DNA of 64,000 bases, taken from positions 1,703-65,702 of the forward strand of contig JAHEKZ010000001.1 in assembly GCA_024644435.1 (NCBI GenBank), written 5' to 3'. Below are positions 17,651-26,424 of the stretch, one piece after another. The DNA is from Actinomycetes bacterium (GTDB lineage Bacteria; Actinomycetota; Actinomycetes; JAHEKZ01). Made by a program: the position numbers and the translations under genes. The notes under the pieces were generated by a model, which worked only from the letters and a program-made list of their open reading frames with translations, made no database searches and was not told the DNA's origin. The number at the start of each line of letters is the position of its first letter. The stretch's first letter is position 1.

Positions 17651-18921
17651 GCCGTATCGTGCTGATGGGGTCGGGAGAGACTGCGCCTGCCATGGTCAAG
17701 ACGCACCGCGCGGTCATCGCGGCGGCCGGTGATGGGCCGTGCGTCATGCTCGACACCCCGTACGGATTTCAGGTCAACGCCGACGACCTGACCAGACGCA
17801 CGCTCCGGTACTTCGACGAGTCCGTCGGCCAGCGAGTCGTCCCCGCCCAGTGGCGTCATCGTGACGCGCCGTCTGCTGATCGCGAGCGGGTTCTGGCCCA
17901 GCTCAGCCAGGCATCGTGGCTGTTCGCCGGTCCGGGCAGTCCCACCTATGCACTAGACCAGTGGCGTGACACGGCTCTGCACGGCGCCATAGGCGACGTG
18001 GTCGCTCGAGGGGGCACCGTCGTCCTCGGCAGCGCGGCGGCCGTCACGGCGGGTCGGTGGGCCCTGCCCGTGTACGAGATCTACAAGGTCGGCGTCGCTC
18101 CGTACTGGGCCGACGGTCTCGACCTGCTCAGTCGCTTCCTCGACCTCGAGGTCGCCGTTGTCCCCCACTTCGACAACGCCGAGGGCGGAACGTACGACAC
18201 CCGCTTCTGCTACCTCGGTGAAGGGCGTCTCGACTACCTCGAGCGCCAGCTACCCGACAAGGCCGCAGTCCTCGGCGTTGACGAGCACACCGCGCTGGTC
18301 ATCGACGTGGCCAGCGGCACTGTCGAGGTCTCGGGGGCCGGTCATGTGACGGTCCGGCGGCACGGCGCAGCGGAGCAGATCCCCGCGGGGAGCCTTCTCA
18401 CCGTCACTGAGCTACGCGGGATCGCGACCGGCGTCGCCCATGTTCCGCCGTCCAGCACGTCGGCCACAGTCGACACAGAAGCGGCGATGGGTGGTGAAAC
18501 ACCGTCCCTCGACCGCGAGGTGCAGACGTTACGAGCCGACTTCGACGAGGCCATGTCCGCCGGCGAGGTCGATACCGCGGTCGCCGTCGTCCTGGCGCTC
18601 GACGACTCGATCGCCGCCTGGTCGGCCGACACCCTTCAAAGCGACGCGCTCGATCAGGCGCGCCGCGAGCTGCGTGCCATGGTCGTCCGCCTCGGAGAGC
18701 TGGCCAAGGTGGGCACCGCCGACCCTGCGGTCACCGTGGGGCCCCTGGTCGAGGCCGTCCTGGCAGCTCGTCGCCAGGCCAGGGTCGAGAAGGACTTCGC
18801 GCTCAGCGATCGTCTGCGGGACGTGCTGCTCGGCGGTGGCGTCACGGTGCAGGACACCCCCGAGGGAGCGCAATGGTCGTTCAACCTCCCGAACGACGAA
18901 GGACCCGGCTTCTCACCGTGA
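17647..18921 (+). CDS. Fusion protein: peptidase-S51/cyanophycinase-like (GATase1-like) N-domain plus a cysteinyl-tRNA synthetase C-terminal-like domain
   Basis: N-terminus has IVLMGSGE…WLFAGPGSPTYAL (S51-like). The C-terminus (VEAVLAARRQARVEKDFALSDRLRDVLLGGGVTVQDTPEGAQWSF) closely resembles the extreme C-terminal helix-hairpin of bacterial CysRS. The GTG start overlaps the upstream stop. Confidence 0.5.
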   Translation: MSRIVLMGSGETAPAMVKTHRAVIAAAGDGPCVMLDTPYGFQVNADDLTRRTLRYFDESVGQRVVPAQWRHRDAPSADRERVLAQLSQASWLFAGPGSPTYALDQWRDTALHGAIGDVVARGGTVVLGSAAAVTAGRWALPVYEIYKVGVAPYWADGLDLLSRFLDLEVAVVPHFDNAEGGTYDTRFCYLGEGRLDYLERQLPDKAAVLGVDEHTALVIDVASGTVEVSGAGHVTVRRHGAAEQIPAGSLLTVTELRGIATGVAHVPPSSTSATVDTEAAMGGETPSLDREVQTLRADFDEAMSAGEVDTAVAVVLALDDSIAAWSADTLQSDALDQARRELRAMVVRLGELAKVGTADPAVTVGPLVEAVLAARRQARVEKDFALSDRLRDVLLGGGVTVQDTPEGAQWSFNLPNDEGPGFSP

Positions 18922-18966
18922 GGTGAGGGCCGGGCCCTTCGCGAAGCCTGTTATCAGGCCCCGAGA

Positions 18967-19170
18967 TCAGGCAAGACGGACGTTCTCCGCCTGCGGACCC
19001 TTCGGGCCCTGCGTGATTTCGAACTCGACGCGCTGGTTCTCTTCAAGGGTGCGGTACCCGTCCATCGTGATGGCCGAGAAGTGAACAAAGACGTCGGCGC
19101 CGCCGCCGTCTTGCTCGATGAAACCGTAACCCTTTTCAGCGTTGAACCACTTAACGCTGCCTACTGCCAT
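18967..19170 (-). CDS. cspA: Cold-shock protein (CspA family)
   Basis: [18 protein letters not shown]…VFVHFSAI (RNP1/RNP2 motifs). Trimmed to 67 aa. Confidence 0.9.
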   Translation of the reverse strand: MAVGSVKWFNAEKGYGFIEQDGGGADVFVHFSAITMDGYRTLEENQRVEFEITQGPKGPQAENVRLA

Positions 19171-19341
19171 GGAACTCTCCAACTCTTGATGCTGCCGCTC
19201 CCGCAGGTTGCGGGTTCGGGGTTGCGGCACTCAGAGTGCCCGCGAGCCTTTCCGCGAGCGTTTCGGAGAAACGAGACGACGGAAAACTTCAACAACCAGG
19301 AGTGACGTTACCACGGGCAGGTCGCGCGGCCACGGTGCCGC

Positions 19342-20850
19342 TCAGGTGAGGTCGGTCGCCAATGGCGGGGACACGCCGGCCGAGTCGATCGTCTTGAGCT
19401 CCAGCGACTGCAGCAACCGGGGGTCGTGCGGGGCGACCATCACCGTGACTTTCAGCCGTTTGGAGCCCCGCTCCCCCTGCATCAGCCAGGTCATCGACCC
19501 AGGCGATGGGCGAGTCGGGGGGTCGTCGGTCGACGCCAAGGTGCCATGGTCCCGCCGGAGCTGGCCCCAGACGGCCACCCGCTCCGCCCAGGGAACATCC
19601 CTCTCGACGTTGTCGGCACACATCTGTCGCAGCAGGCGAGCTGCCGGCCCGTCCGGGTCGTCGAGGGACAGCCAGTCGGTGACTGTCACCCGAGCAGCAT
19701 CGAGCGCCGGAAAAGGCAGCGGTGGCGCGTGCCGGTCTGCCCCGAGCTGGACCACGAGGTCGCCCAGCGCCCCAGTCGCCACCGTCGACATCGGGGCGTA
19801 GGTCCCGTTGGCGAGCGCGACCACCCCCAGGCCCGATGCCGGGTGCCAGCGCATGTGCGACCCGAAGCCTGGATAGCCACCGGAGTGGTGAACCGAACGC
19901 CCCCAGTCCCGGAAGTCCTCGAAGAGCCCAAACCCGTACCCGGTGAGCTCCGGTGCCGCCCCCCCACCTCGGCCGGCCGTGGCGGCGACCAGCCGCTGCG
20001 TGACCTGCATCTCGCGCACCGAGGACTGTCGCAGATGCGGCAACGAGATGTCGGACCACTGCTCGTCGTCATCGGCAGCCTGGAAGAGCCCCACCCACCG
20101 CGCAAGGTCGCGGATGCTGCTCAACACACCACCCATCGGCGAGAACGCGCCAGAGCCAGCGATGGGTTCTTCGGCCCACCCCGTGGTTCGCCTGACGTAC
20201 CCGGCGGCCCGGTTCGCCGGCAGGTCATCGAGCTGGTAGCCCGAGGACGCCAGGCCGAGCGGAAGAAGCAACCGTTCGGCGACCACCTGCGAGTAGGGCT
20301 GCCCGGTGGCGGACTCCACGACCAGGCCGAGAATCGCGTAGCCGAGATTGGAGTACTCGAACCGCTTGCCCGGGGCCAACGACGGCCTCACGCCTGAGCC
20401 GAGCAGCTGACGGAAGGCGGGGATCGCCAGATCCTGCTGACGATCACCCCATGGGTCGTCGGTCAGGAACCCCCCACCCATGGTGAGCAGATGGCGGATC
20501 GTGAGAGCGGAAGCACCGGCTCCCGATGTGAGCTCCGGGACGAACTCGACCACCGGTGCGTCGAGGGCGAACGCCCCCTCGTCGCGCAGGCTCAGGACTG
20601 TGGCGGCGGTGAAGCTCTTGGTCATCGACGCGATGCGGAAGATGGTGTCCGCGTCCGGGGCAGATCCGGCTCCCGGTCCTTCCGCTGATAGGTCCCGATC
20701 GCCAAGGCCCCTGCAGTGGACAACCTGGCCGTCCATGACGACCGCGTAGACCAGCCCGGGGGCGCGCCCGGCCTCCATCGCCGCATCGAAGTGGGGGTCG
20801 ACCACCGCCGCGATCGACGCGGCATCGGAGCTGGTCAGGGGTGTGGACAC
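19342..20850 (-). CDS. Serine hydrolase, beta-lactamase/DD-peptidase (class C-like) family, with an about 150-aa C-terminal extension
   Basis: SxxK motif (ASMTKSF) and YSN motif (FEYSNLGY). Trimmed to the GTG at 20848-20850. The longer ORF would overlap the divergent NlpC/P60 gene. Confidence 0.75.
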   Translation of the reverse strand: MSTPLTSSDAASIAAVVDPHFDAAMEAGRAPGLVYAVVMDGQVVHCRGLGDRDLSAEGPGAGSAPDADTIFRIASMTKSFTAATVLSLRDEGAFALDAPVVEFVPELTSGAGASALTIRHLLTMGGGFLTDDPWGDRQQDLAIPAFRQLLGSGVRPSLAPGKRFEYSNLGYAILGLVVESATGQPYSQVVAERLLLPLGLASSGYQLDDLPANRAAGYVRRTTGWAEEPIAGSGAFSPMGGVLSSIRDLARWVGLFQAADDDEQWSDISLPHLRQSSVREMQVTQRLVAATAGRGGGAAPELTGYGFGLFEDFRDWGRSVHHSGGYPGFGSHMRWHPASGLGVVALANGTYAPMSTVATGALGDLVVQLGADRHAPPLPFPALDAARVTVTDWLSLDDPDGPAARLLRQMCADNVERDVPWAERVAVWGQLRRDHGTLASTDDPPTRPSPGSMTWLMQGERGSKRLKVTVMVAPHDPRLLQSLELKTIDSAGVSPPLATDLT

Positions 20851-20923
20851 GGACCAAGGGTGCCACGTGTGACGATGCCCCGTCGGTCGACTCGGGAGGT
20901 CGCGGCTCCACCTCGCGGCGTCA

Positions 20924-21772
20924 ATGACCGATGATGCTCCTATGAGCAGAGTTCCGTGGCCGGTGTTCGCCGCCAGGCTAGCGCCACCCGCGCGGGCGGC
21001 CTTGGTGATGGCCCTGGCCCTGCTTCTGACACTGCCGTTCGCTCTGGTCGTCCCCCAGCCAGTGCACGCCGGCAGCAGCGACCCATACCTCTCCGACGAC
21101 GTCCCCAGGGCCCGCGGATGCATCGTGCTCGGACGCGCCTGGGCAGGTGTGAAGGTATCGCTGGTCCAGCAGCGACTGGGAACGACCCACGAGCTCGAGC
21201 GGTATGGATCGGACACCCAGCGGGCCGTATCGGCGTTTCAAGCACGCCGTGCCCTCCGGGTGACTGGCAAGGTCAATCGGCCGACCTGGAAGGCCCTGGG
21301 CTTCACCCGTTCCTTCTGCATGGACCGCTTCACCGTTCAACCAGCAGTGTCTGCACCGGTGTCGGCCAACGAGCGGATCGAGGCGATGGTCAGCTGGGCC
21401 CGTGAGCAGGTGGGCCGCCGCTACATCTGGGGGGGAGCCGGACCTGTGGGTTACGACTGCTCCGGACTCGCGCTCCAGGCCATGTACGCCGGTGGGCGGG
21501 TTCTGCCGACAGTCACGACCTACCAGCACCAGCGTCGTGACTTTGGCACGGCATCGGCCATATTCGACTCCGGGATGCGACGTGTACCGCTCGACCAACG
21601 ACGGCGTGGCGACCTCATCTTCTACGGCCCGACCGGGTCCATCACCCACATGGCGATCTACCTCGGGCACGGGCGCGTACTGGAGGCGGTCCGACCCCAG
21701 GTACGTCGCTCATCGATGTGGGGCCACGGCGTTCCGGTCAAACCCCGCGTGGTCCGTCCGTTCGGGCGCTAG
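20924..21772 (+). CDS. Secreted NlpC/P60 (C40) peptidoglycan endopeptidase with a peptidoglycan-binding domain
   Basis: Signal peptide, then a PG_binding_1-like repeat (SDTQRAVSAFQARRALRVTGKVNRPTWKALGF), then catalytic Cys (RYIWGGAGPVGYDCSGL) and His (ITHMAIYLG). Confidence 0.85.
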   Translation: MTDDAPMSRVPWPVFAARLAPPARAALVMALALLLTLPFALVVPQPVHAGSSDPYLSDDVPRARGCIVLGRAWAGVKVSLVQQRLGTTHELERYGSDTQRAVSAFQARRALRVTGKVNRPTWKALGFTRSFCMDRFTVQPAVSAPVSANERIEAMVSWAREQVGRRYIWGGAGPVGYDCSGLALQAMYAGGRVLPTVTTYQHQRRDFGTASAIFDSGMRRVPLDQRRRGDLIFYGPTGSITHMAIYLGHGRVLEAVRPQVRRSSMWGHGVPVKPRVVRPFGR

Positions 21773-22155
21773 AGGGGTTCGTCCTGCCACAGCCCCTCCG
21801 CGAGATGCATGCGGAGAGGCACAAAACGCATGACGCCGGGCGCTGTGCTCAGCACGGAGTTGAGCTCAGCCATGAGCTCGCCAAACCCAGGTGCGGACCG
21901 GTGAGCGGTAACACCGTCCTCGCCGTTGAACCATTCGTGCAGCCAGACCACTTCCGGCTCGTCCGGATCGAGCGAGATGCAGAAGAACTCAGTGGCCGGC
22001 TCTTCCGGCAGGCGGTCGATGTACCGATGCAGAGCATCGAGCAGCGCAGGACGACCGCCGGACTCTGCCTGGAGTCGAACGACCAGACCTTGCCGATCCG
22101 GCAGCAGGCGAGCTCTCGGAGCTCCGTGCTCGTCTCGCTCCAGGGCGCCACTCAT
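21769..22155 (-). CDS. Antibiotic-biosynthesis-monooxygenase (ABM)-like small protein
   Basis: About 128 aa with an ABM-like size and pattern (VWLHEWFNGEDGVTAHRSAPGF). The start was trimmed to the Met at 22155. Confidence 0.45.
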   Translation of the reverse strand: MSGALERDEHGAPRARLLPDRQGLVVRLQAESGGRPALLDALHRYIDRLPEEPATEFFCISLDPDEPEVVWLHEWFNGEDGVTAHRSAPGFGELMAELNSVLSTAPGVMRFVPLRMHLAEGLWQDEPL

Positions 22156-22168
22156 GGGTCTATCCCTA

Positions 22169-22999
22169 TCACTTCGCGTCGTCTTCCCGCCGCGGCACGT
22201 CACCGATGGCGTAGCAGGCAATGGCTACGGCAGCCGCCACATTAAGCGAGTCGACGCCGGCCGACATGGGAATCCGTACCTGCCGTTCGACCTGCTGCAG
22301 GGCGGCGTCAGTCAGCCCGGGGCCTTCGCTGCCCAGCAGAAGTGCGACCCGCTCCTCCGAGTCGAAGGACACGTCCGGAAGAGCGACGGCGTCCGCACGC
22401 GGCGTCAATGCCACCAGCTCCCAACCCTCTCGGACCAGGTCGGACAGGCCTTGCGGCCACGGCGCCACCCGCGTCCAGGGGAGAGCGAACACCGCCCCCA
22501 TCGACACCCGCACGGATCGTCGGTAGAGCGGATCGGCGCAGGTCGGGTCGACCAGGACGGCGTCGAAGCCGAGCCCCGCCGCTGATCGGAAGACCGCCCC
22601 CACGTTGGTGTGGTCGACCACCCCTTCGAGCACCAGAATCCGGCGAGCCGCTCTCGTCACGGATTCGACCGATGGCAGCGGCAGCCTGGTCATGGCGGCC
22701 AGCGCACCTCGATGCACGCGGTACCCGGTGATCTGGTGAACGACGTCTTCGGCAGCGACGAACACGTCGGTGTTCGGCGGGATCGGAAGATCTTCGACTG
22801 CCGAGAGCCACCGCGGCGTGGTGAGGACAGATCGCACCGGATAGCCGGCCTCCAGCGCACGCCCGATCACCGGATGGCTCTCCGCCATGAACAGGCCCTC
22901 GGCTGGCTCCTTGCGCCGGCGGAGCCCGGTGTCGGTGAGGTTGCGGTAGTCGTCCACCCGCGGGTCACCGGCGTCATCTATGCGGATCGTCTGGGTCAT
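22169..22999 (-). CDS. TrmH/SpoU-family RNA 2'-O-methyltransferase
   Basis: SPOUT motifs (LVLEGVVDHTNVGAVFRSAAGLGFD…LLLGSEGPGLT…IPMSAGVDSLNVAAAVAI). Trimmed from 630 aa to 276 aa at the ATG 22997-22999, which overlaps the upstream stop as ATGA. Confidence 0.8.
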   Translation of the reverse strand: MTQTIRIDDAGDPRVDDYRNLTDTGLRRRKEPAEGLFMAESHPVIGRALEAGYPVRSVLTTPRWLSAVEDLPIPPNTDVFVAAEDVVHQITGYRVHRGALAAMTRLPLPSVESVTRAARRILVLEGVVDHTNVGAVFRSAAGLGFDAVLVDPTCADPLYRRSVRVSMGAVFALPWTRVAPWPQGLSDLVREGWELVALTPRADAVALPDVSFDSEERVALLLGSEGPGLTDAALQQVERQVRIPMSAGVDSLNVAAAVAIACYAIGDVPRREDDAK

Positions 23000-23745
23000 C
23001 GGAGCAGCACCACGAGCGCAATCAGCCCCACGACGACGATGAACCCGCGGAGGACCGTGTCGGGCAACCGGCGACCGTAGTGCGCACCCAGGTACCCACC
23101 CACCGTCGAGCCGGCAATCAGCACCACCGCGATCCCCCAGTCCACGGGGGCGAGCAGGATGAAGACGACGGCTGCGATGGCGTTCACCACGGCGGCGAGG
23201 ACGTTCTTCAGTGCGTTCACCCGCTGGAGATGAGCGTCGACCAGCGCCCCGAGGATCGCGATCAGCAGGACGCCCTGGGCCGCCCCGAAGTAGCCCCCGT
23301 AGATGCCGACGAGGTACACGGCGATCCACGCGACCGGACCGCCGAGGGCGTGGGTGTCGTGCGGCACGGCAAGCCGCCTGGCGATCATGGGTTGGAGGGC
23401 GACGAGCACGACTCCCAGACCGACCAGGACGGGAACGATCGTGTCGAAGGCCGACTCCGGGAGGACGAGCAGCAGAGCCGCACCCGTCAGGCCACCTAAG
23501 ATCGACGCCGGAACGAACCGGCGCATGCGTGGCCGCTGAGTCGAGAGCTCGCGCCGGTACCCGACGCTGCTGGCCACCGAACCCGAGACAAGTCCCACCG
23601 TGTTGGTCACGTTCGCGGTGAACGGTGACACGCCCAACGCCACCAAGGTCGAGAACGTGACGAGAGTGCCGGAGCCGACCAAGGCATTGATTCCACCGGC
23701 TGCGACTCCAGCCATCAAGATCGCCAGCCACTCCCACCAGACCAT
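22996..23745 (-). CDS. Sulfite exporter TauE/SafE family membrane protein
   Basis: Duplicated 4-TM halves, each with a GxGGG motif (AAGGINALVGSGT…, GYFGAAQGVL). Confidence 0.8.
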   Translation of the reverse strand: MVWWEWLAILMAGVAAGGINALVGSGTLVTFSTLVALGVSPFTANVTNTVGLVSGSVASSVGYRRELSTQRPRMRRFVPASILGGLTGAALLLVLPESAFDTIVPVLVGLGVVLVALQPMIARRLAVPHDTHALGGPVAWIAVYLVGIYGGYFGAAQGVLLIAILGALVDAHLQRVNALKNVLAAVVNAIAAVVFILLAPVDWGIAVVLIAGSTVGGYLGAHYGRRLPDTVLRGFIVVVGLIALVVLLR

Positions 23746-23841
23746 GGGGGCACATGCTAGGCCGCGCCCTGACGGGGGCCTCGGTCAGTCGTGGTTCGGG
23801 GCCATCGTCAAGGCGCCGCGGCGCGCTGCCGATGGTCAACC

Positions 23842-24978
23842 ATGAGCCCGACGCGCCCGATGCGCCACCGGGCGGCTGATGCTGCCTGGTCGAGTGTTGC
23901 CGTGCTCTTGTGCGCCTCGACCATCGCCATGGTCGGCCTCGCGGGCTCAGCGCGCGCGGACAGCGCCGATGAGGCGAGGGCACGGGCAGCGGCAGCCGCT
24001 GAGCGGGTCGATGCCCTGCAGGAACGAGTGCTTGAGGCCAGGACCGAGTACCGACAGGCACTGCGGGGCTTGGCCGGAGCCGTCAACCAGGAGGTAGCCG
24101 CCGATGCAGCAGCCGACGCCGCAGAGCGCGCTGCCTTGCTGGCGGAGCAGGACCGGGTCGCTGCCATCCGAGCGCTGGAGCAGTCCGGAGGTTCCCTGGC
24201 CATGGTGGAAGGCCTGCTGGAGTCGGGCAGCCCCAGCGCGCTCGCTGCGCGACTGAAGACCTCAACCGAGGTACTCGACCTCCTCGCCTCCGGCTCGGAG
24301 TTCACCTCAGACACCGCCCAACAGAGTGCCCAGTTCGCCCAGCAGCAAGAGCGTGGCACGCGTATGACCATGGTGACGGTTGCAGACGTCGAAGGCGCCT
24401 ATGCGCGACTCGATGCGGTACTCACCGAACAGGAAGAGGTCCTGGCCACCCTGGACAGTGAGGCCCAGCAGCTCGCCCGCGCCGAGCGAGTCCAGGCCAG
24501 GATCGATGCGCAGCGAGCAGCGGCTGCTGCCGCGGCGTCCAACGCCTCGAGCGAGGCGACGGCCGGGGGCATCCCGAAGTCCTACCTGGGCCTGTACCGA
24601 GGCGCGGCAGCGACGTGTCCGGGCCTTCCGTGGCCCGTTCTGGCTGCGATCGGCCAGGTGGAGAGTGGGCACGGCACGAACACCGGCCCCTCATCGTCCG
24701 GTGCCATGGGTCCGATGCAGTTCCTGCCCAGCACCTTCGCGGCCTACGCCGTCGACGGGGACGGGGACGGGGTACGAGACATCTGGAACCCCTCCGACGC
24801 CATCTTCAGCGCGGCCAACTACCTGTGCGCCAACGGCGCGGGTGGTGGGCCTCGAGCCCTCTACGCCGCGATCTTCCGCTACAACCACGCCGACTGGTAC
24901 GTCCTCATGGTGATGCGGGTTGCCGCGCAGCTGGCCAGCCGCTTCGGCGAGCCCATCCCGGTGGCCGAGGCACCCTGA
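23842..24978 (+). CDS. Secreted lytic transglycosylase (SLT-domain) protein with an N-terminal coiled-coil region
   Basis: Signal peptide, an Ala/Glu/Gln-rich coiled coil, and a C-terminal SLT catalytic region (AIGQVESGHGTN…MGPMQFLPSTF…AANYL). Confidence 0.75.
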   Translation: MSPTRPMRHRAADAAWSSVAVLLCASTIAMVGLAGSARADSADEARARAAAAAERVDALQERVLEARTEYRQALRGLAGAVNQEVAADAAADAAERAALLAEQDRVAAIRALEQSGGSLAMVEGLLESGSPSALAARLKTSTEVLDLLASGSEFTSDTAQQSAQFAQQQERGTRMTMVTVADVEGAYARLDAVLTEQEEVLATLDSEAQQLARAERVQARIDAQRAAAAAAASNASSEATAGGIPKSYLGLYRGAAATCPGLPWPVLAAIGQVESGHGTNTGPSSSGAMGPMQFLPSTFAAYAVDGDGDGVRDIWNPSDAIFSAANYLCANGAGGGPRALYAAIFRYNHADWYVLMVMRVAAQLASRFGEPIPVAEAP

Positions 24979-24996
24979 CGCTCGCCCGAGCGTCAG
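24975..24996. terminator. Bidirectional stem-loop between convergent genes (CTGACGCTC gccc GAGCGTCAG)
   Basis: 9-bp perfect GC-rich stem with a 4-nt loop. It spans both stop codons (TGA at 24976-78 on + and at 24993-95 on -). No U-tract, which is common in actinobacteria. Confidence 0.45.
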
Positions 24997-25886
24997 CTCG
25001 GTTCGGTCGGGTTCCGGAACGCCTGACCGAGCTGCGCCACGGCGCTCGACAGCTCTGCGGGAAGGATCCACATCTTGTTGGCGGGGCCGTTCGCGATCTG
25101 CGGAAGCACCTGGAGGTACTGGTAGGCCAGCAGCTTGGGGTCGGGGTCGGCCCGGTGGATGGCGTCGAAGACGGTCTGGATCGCGGACGCCTCACCCTCA
25201 GCCCGCACGATGGCGGCGCGCGCATCACCTTCGGCCTTCAAGATCGCCGACTGCTTGGCACCTTCAGCCGTCAGGATGGCTGACTGGCGCACACCCTCGG
25301 CGGTCAAGATCGTGGCCCGCTTCTCACGCTCGGCCCGCATCTGGATCTCCATGGCCTGCTGCACCGACGCCGGCGGGTCAATCCCCTTCAGCTCGACGCG
25401 GTTGACCCGGATGCCCCACTTGCCGGTGGCCTCGTCGAGCACTCCCCGCAAGCCCAAGTTGATGTCTTCGCGCGAGGTCAGCGTTCGTTCCAGGTCCATG
25501 CCACCCGCCACGTTACGAAGCGTGGTCACGGTCAGCTGTTCAATGGCCTGGATGTAGTTCGCGATCTCGTAGGTCGCCGACTTGGGGTCGGTCACCTGGA
25601 AGTAGATCACCGAGTCGATGCTGACGACGAGGTTGTCGGCGGTGATCACCGGTTGGGGCGGGAACGAGACCACCTGTTCCCTGAGGTCGATCAGTGGCCG
25701 CACGTGGTCGATGAACGGAATCACGAGAGCCAGGCCAGGCGTCAGCGTGCGCTGATAGCGACCCAACCGTTCGACGATTCCCGCGTTTGCCTGGGGGATG
25801 ATGCGGATCGCCCTGGCCAGCACGATCAGCGCAAAGAGCGCAACGATCGCGAGGACGACCCAGCCTGCGTACTGATCCATGCTCAC
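24993..25886 (-). CDS. SPFH/band-7 (stomatin-like) protein
   Basis: N-terminal TM followed by an SPFH core (IIPQANAGIVERLGRY…LKAEG repeats). Confidence 0.85.
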   Translation of the reverse strand: MSMDQYAGWVVLAIVALFALIVLARAIRIIPQANAGIVERLGRYQRTLTPGLALVIPFIDHVRPLIDLREQVVSFPPQPVITADNLVVSIDSVIYFQVTDPKSATYEIANYIQAIEQLTVTTLRNVAGGMDLERTLTSREDINLGLRGVLDEATGKWGIRVNRVELKGIDPPASVQQAMEIQMRAEREKRATILTAEGVRQSAILTAEGAKQSAILKAEGDARAAIVRAEGEASAIQTVFDAIHRADPDPKLLAYQYLQVLPQIANGPANKMWILPAELSSAVAQLGQAFRNPTEPS

Positions 25887-26341
25887 TCCCCTGTCGAGCC
25901 GGCTGGCGGCTCAGCGTTCGGGGCATCGACGACTGCCGTCGCCCCGTCGATTGTCACCACGACAAGATCTGCTCCGGCCGAGAACTCAGTGCCAGCACGG
26001 CTGACCCGCGCCGACCAGATCTCGCCGCCGATCTTCACTCGTCCCCCGCGGCCGTCAACTCGCTCCATGACCAGGGCCCGCGCTCCGAGGAGGGCCTCGA
26101 CGTTCGTCTGCGTTCCCTCCGTCTTCAACGTCCGTAGGGCGATGGGGCGGAGCAGGAACAGGCTCAGGAGTGCAGCGACGAGAGCAGCAATGCCCTGCAG
26201 CACGATCGGAAGACCAACCGCGGCCAGGAGTGCACCGACGACCGCGCCCAGGGCCAGGCTCGCGAAGACGAGGTCGAGCGTGAGTGCCTCGACGCCAAGC
26301 AGCACGAGCGCTCCGAGTACCCACCAACCCCATTCAGGCAT
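25883..26341 (-). CDS. NfeD-family membrane protein
   Basis: Two TM segments plus a C-terminal OB-fold (GRVKIGGEIWSAR). The 4-nt overlap with the SPFH gene is the canonical pairing. Confidence 0.8.
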   Translation of the reverse strand: MPEWGWWVLGALVLLGVEALTLDLVFASLALGAVVGALLAAVGLPIVLQGIAALVAALLSLFLLRPIALRTLKTEGTQTNVEALLGARALVMERVDGRGGRVKIGGEIWSARVSRAGTEFSAGADLVVVTIDGATAVVDAPNAEPPAGSTGE

Positions 26342-26424
26342 GCCATGAGACTAGCGCTCACCGTGAGGGAACACTCGGGGAACGCCTTCGGAGGTCCGAT
26401 AGCGTCGTGCTCGTGCTAGAGGAG

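Noticed and set aside
18910-18938. Hairpins between the convergent operon gene 4 and cspA (CTCACCgtgaGGTGAG and AGGGCcggGCCCT).
   Set aside because: The stems are short (5-6 bp) and partly AT/wobble-paired with very small loops. Too weak to call a terminator without 3'-end data.
20851-20941. c-di-AMP (ydaO-type) riboswitch upstream of the NlpC/P60 and SLT-domain cell-wall hydrolase genes.
   Set aside because: The leaders are short (73 and 96 nt) and I could not recognise the conserved ydaO sequence blocks. Covariance-model scanning would be needed to exclude it.
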